32,000 bases of DNA from Halomicrobium mukohataei DSM 12286 (lineage in GTDB: Archaea > Halobacteriota > Halobacteria > Halobacteriales > Haloarculaceae): NCBI RefSeq assembly GCF_000023965.1, contig NC_013202.1:2940001-2972000 (forward strand). The letters run 5' to 3'. The notes under the pieces are model-generated. The model was not told the origin of the DNA and made no database searches. It saw only the letters and a list, made by a program, of their open reading frames with translations. Shown in pieces: positions 31,055-32,000 of the stretch; position 1 is the first letter of the stretch, and each line of letters begins with the position of its first letter. Both the position numbers and the translations under genes were made by a program.

Positions 31055-32000
31055 ACTCCACGGCCACGCCGGTCAGCGGCGAGTCGACGGCGGTCGCGTA
31101 CTCCTTGGCCAGATCGAGGTACTGTTCGGTGATGTCGACGACGCGGCGGTAGGCGGCCTCGTCGTCGGGGGCCAGCAGGTACTCGGCGGTGACTGGGGTT
31201 AACTGTCCCTCGCGGCGGTCGTCGGCGTAGTCGTCCACGTCGTCGAGCCAGATCTGTGCGCCGACGATCGCGAGCACGATGGCGCGGGCGAACTCGTCTT
31301 CGATGTCGAGGCCGGCGAGTCGGTACAGGTCGAGCATGCCGTCGTACAGCACGCCGACCCGAGCGTACTGCGTCTTCATGTACGGTAGCGCTCGTTCGGT
31401 CTCGGAGAACAGTTCGGCGACGTCGTCGTCGGTGAACGCGGCGAACTTGTACTCGTCGCGAACGTCTGCGAGTGCCGTGTCGTCGCCGTCTTCGGCGGCG
31501 TCCACGAGGTCCCGAAAGTGGGCGTCCCGGTCCTGGTGGGCCTCACTGTAGTCGACGGCCCACTGGTAGCGCCGGGCGACGATCGGCGGCAGCCCGTCGA
31601 GGATCTCTTCGAGGTGGTCCTGGAGCGCGCGCTGTGCGACCTCGGCGACGCGGCGCATCTCGTCGGGCTCGAAGTCGACGGCGAAGTCCTCGAACTCGGC
31701 GTCGTTGATCGCGTCGCGCATGTCGCCGTCGATCAGCGCCTCGATGGAGAGGCGGGTCATCTGCTCGGCCCGAACGACCATCTCTCGGGGCGACAGCTCC
31801 TGACCGGGGCCGGCCTGGAGCGCCGTCTCGTCGACGCCGGGAACGCCGCTTTCGATCTCGTCGGTCACGGGGTCCTCGCCGGCCCGCTGGCGCGCGCGGC
31901 GGTAGACGTAGCCAAGCGTCAGCTGTGCGGGCAACACGAGCTTCGTGTCGTACTCGAAGCTGACGCTGTCGCGGTCGAACGCCTCCGCGAGAGCGTCCTC
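31008..32000 (-). CDS. Acidic, helix-rich hypothetical protein (5' end probably beyond the right window edge)
   Basis: The track ORF starts at GTG 31937, but I read the same frame open with G/C-rich third positions up to 32000 (..EDALAEAFDRDSVSFEYDTKLV-LPAQ..). It contains an Asp-rich IWLDDVDDYADD stretch. No family is assigned with confidence. Confidence 0.7.
   Translation of the reverse strand, partial: EDALAEAFDRDSVSFEYDTKLVLPAQLTLGYVYRRARQRAGEDPVTDEIESGVPGVDETALQAGPGQELSPREMVVRAEQMTRLSIEALIDGDMRDAINDAEFEDFAVDFEPDEMRRVAEVAQRALQDHLEEILDGLPPIVARRYQWAVDYSEAHQDRDAHFRDLVDAAEDGDDTALADVRDEYKFAAFTDDDVAELFSETERALPYMKTQYARVGVLYDGMLDLYRLAGLDIEDEFARAIVLAIVGAQIWLDDVDDYADDRREGQLTPVTAEYLLAPDDEAAYRRVVDITEQYLDLAKEYATAVDSPLTGVAVEYIYRSGEPEVLPGKP

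Overview
This high-GC segment, with an acidic proteome, looks like chromosomal DNA of a haloarchaeon (class Halobacteria). The evidence is a CetZ tubulin homologue, a TFS-type zinc-ribbon factor, an archaeal class III (RGQ) signal peptide, and AT-rich TATA-like boxes 25-31 nt upstream of many start codons (leaderless style). I support about 38 protein genes. I recognised no rRNA, tRNA, CRISPR array, transposase or integrase. Many long ORFs in the track are Arg/Pro/Gly-rich antisense or off-frame artefacts of the GC content, and several track starts are TTG/GTG codons upstream of a better ATG; I re-checked starts base by base where stated. Gene content, left to right: an eight-gene, translationally coupled type IV pilus/Tad-like operon (1-7224, minus strand) lying back-to-back with cetZ; a phosphodiesterase; inorganic pyrophosphatase; a PadR regulator; RNase HI plus a partner gene; two haloarchaeal conserved unknowns, one with a nuclease-like motif; RDD and NUDIX proteins; a uS10 paralogue; an aldo/keto reductase; an endonuclease III cluster; a GH2-like protein; a long coiled-coil protein; a LysE exporter; an HD hydrolase; a GNAT-zinc-ribbon protein; Rieske, HTH-Zn-ribbon and FNR-like genes; 2-oxoacid:ferredoxin oxidoreductase alpha/beta; a TFS-like factor; and a partial acidic protein. 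The items most worth follow-up are: (i) the pilus-like operon, whose putative structural subunits are mostly non-canonical; (ii) a 66-78 nt palindromic, T-run-flanked element present three times at gene 3' ends, once flanked by a 56-bp duplication of the neighbouring gene's 3' end and once followed by five consecutive near-perfect hairpins; (iii) a TFS paralogue apparently lacking the catalytic acidic tip; (iv) a PD-(D/E)xK-like protein with a Cys cluster; (v) a 660-nt low-GC non-coding gap. All functional calls rest on motif recognition by eye. No database search or folding computation was possible.
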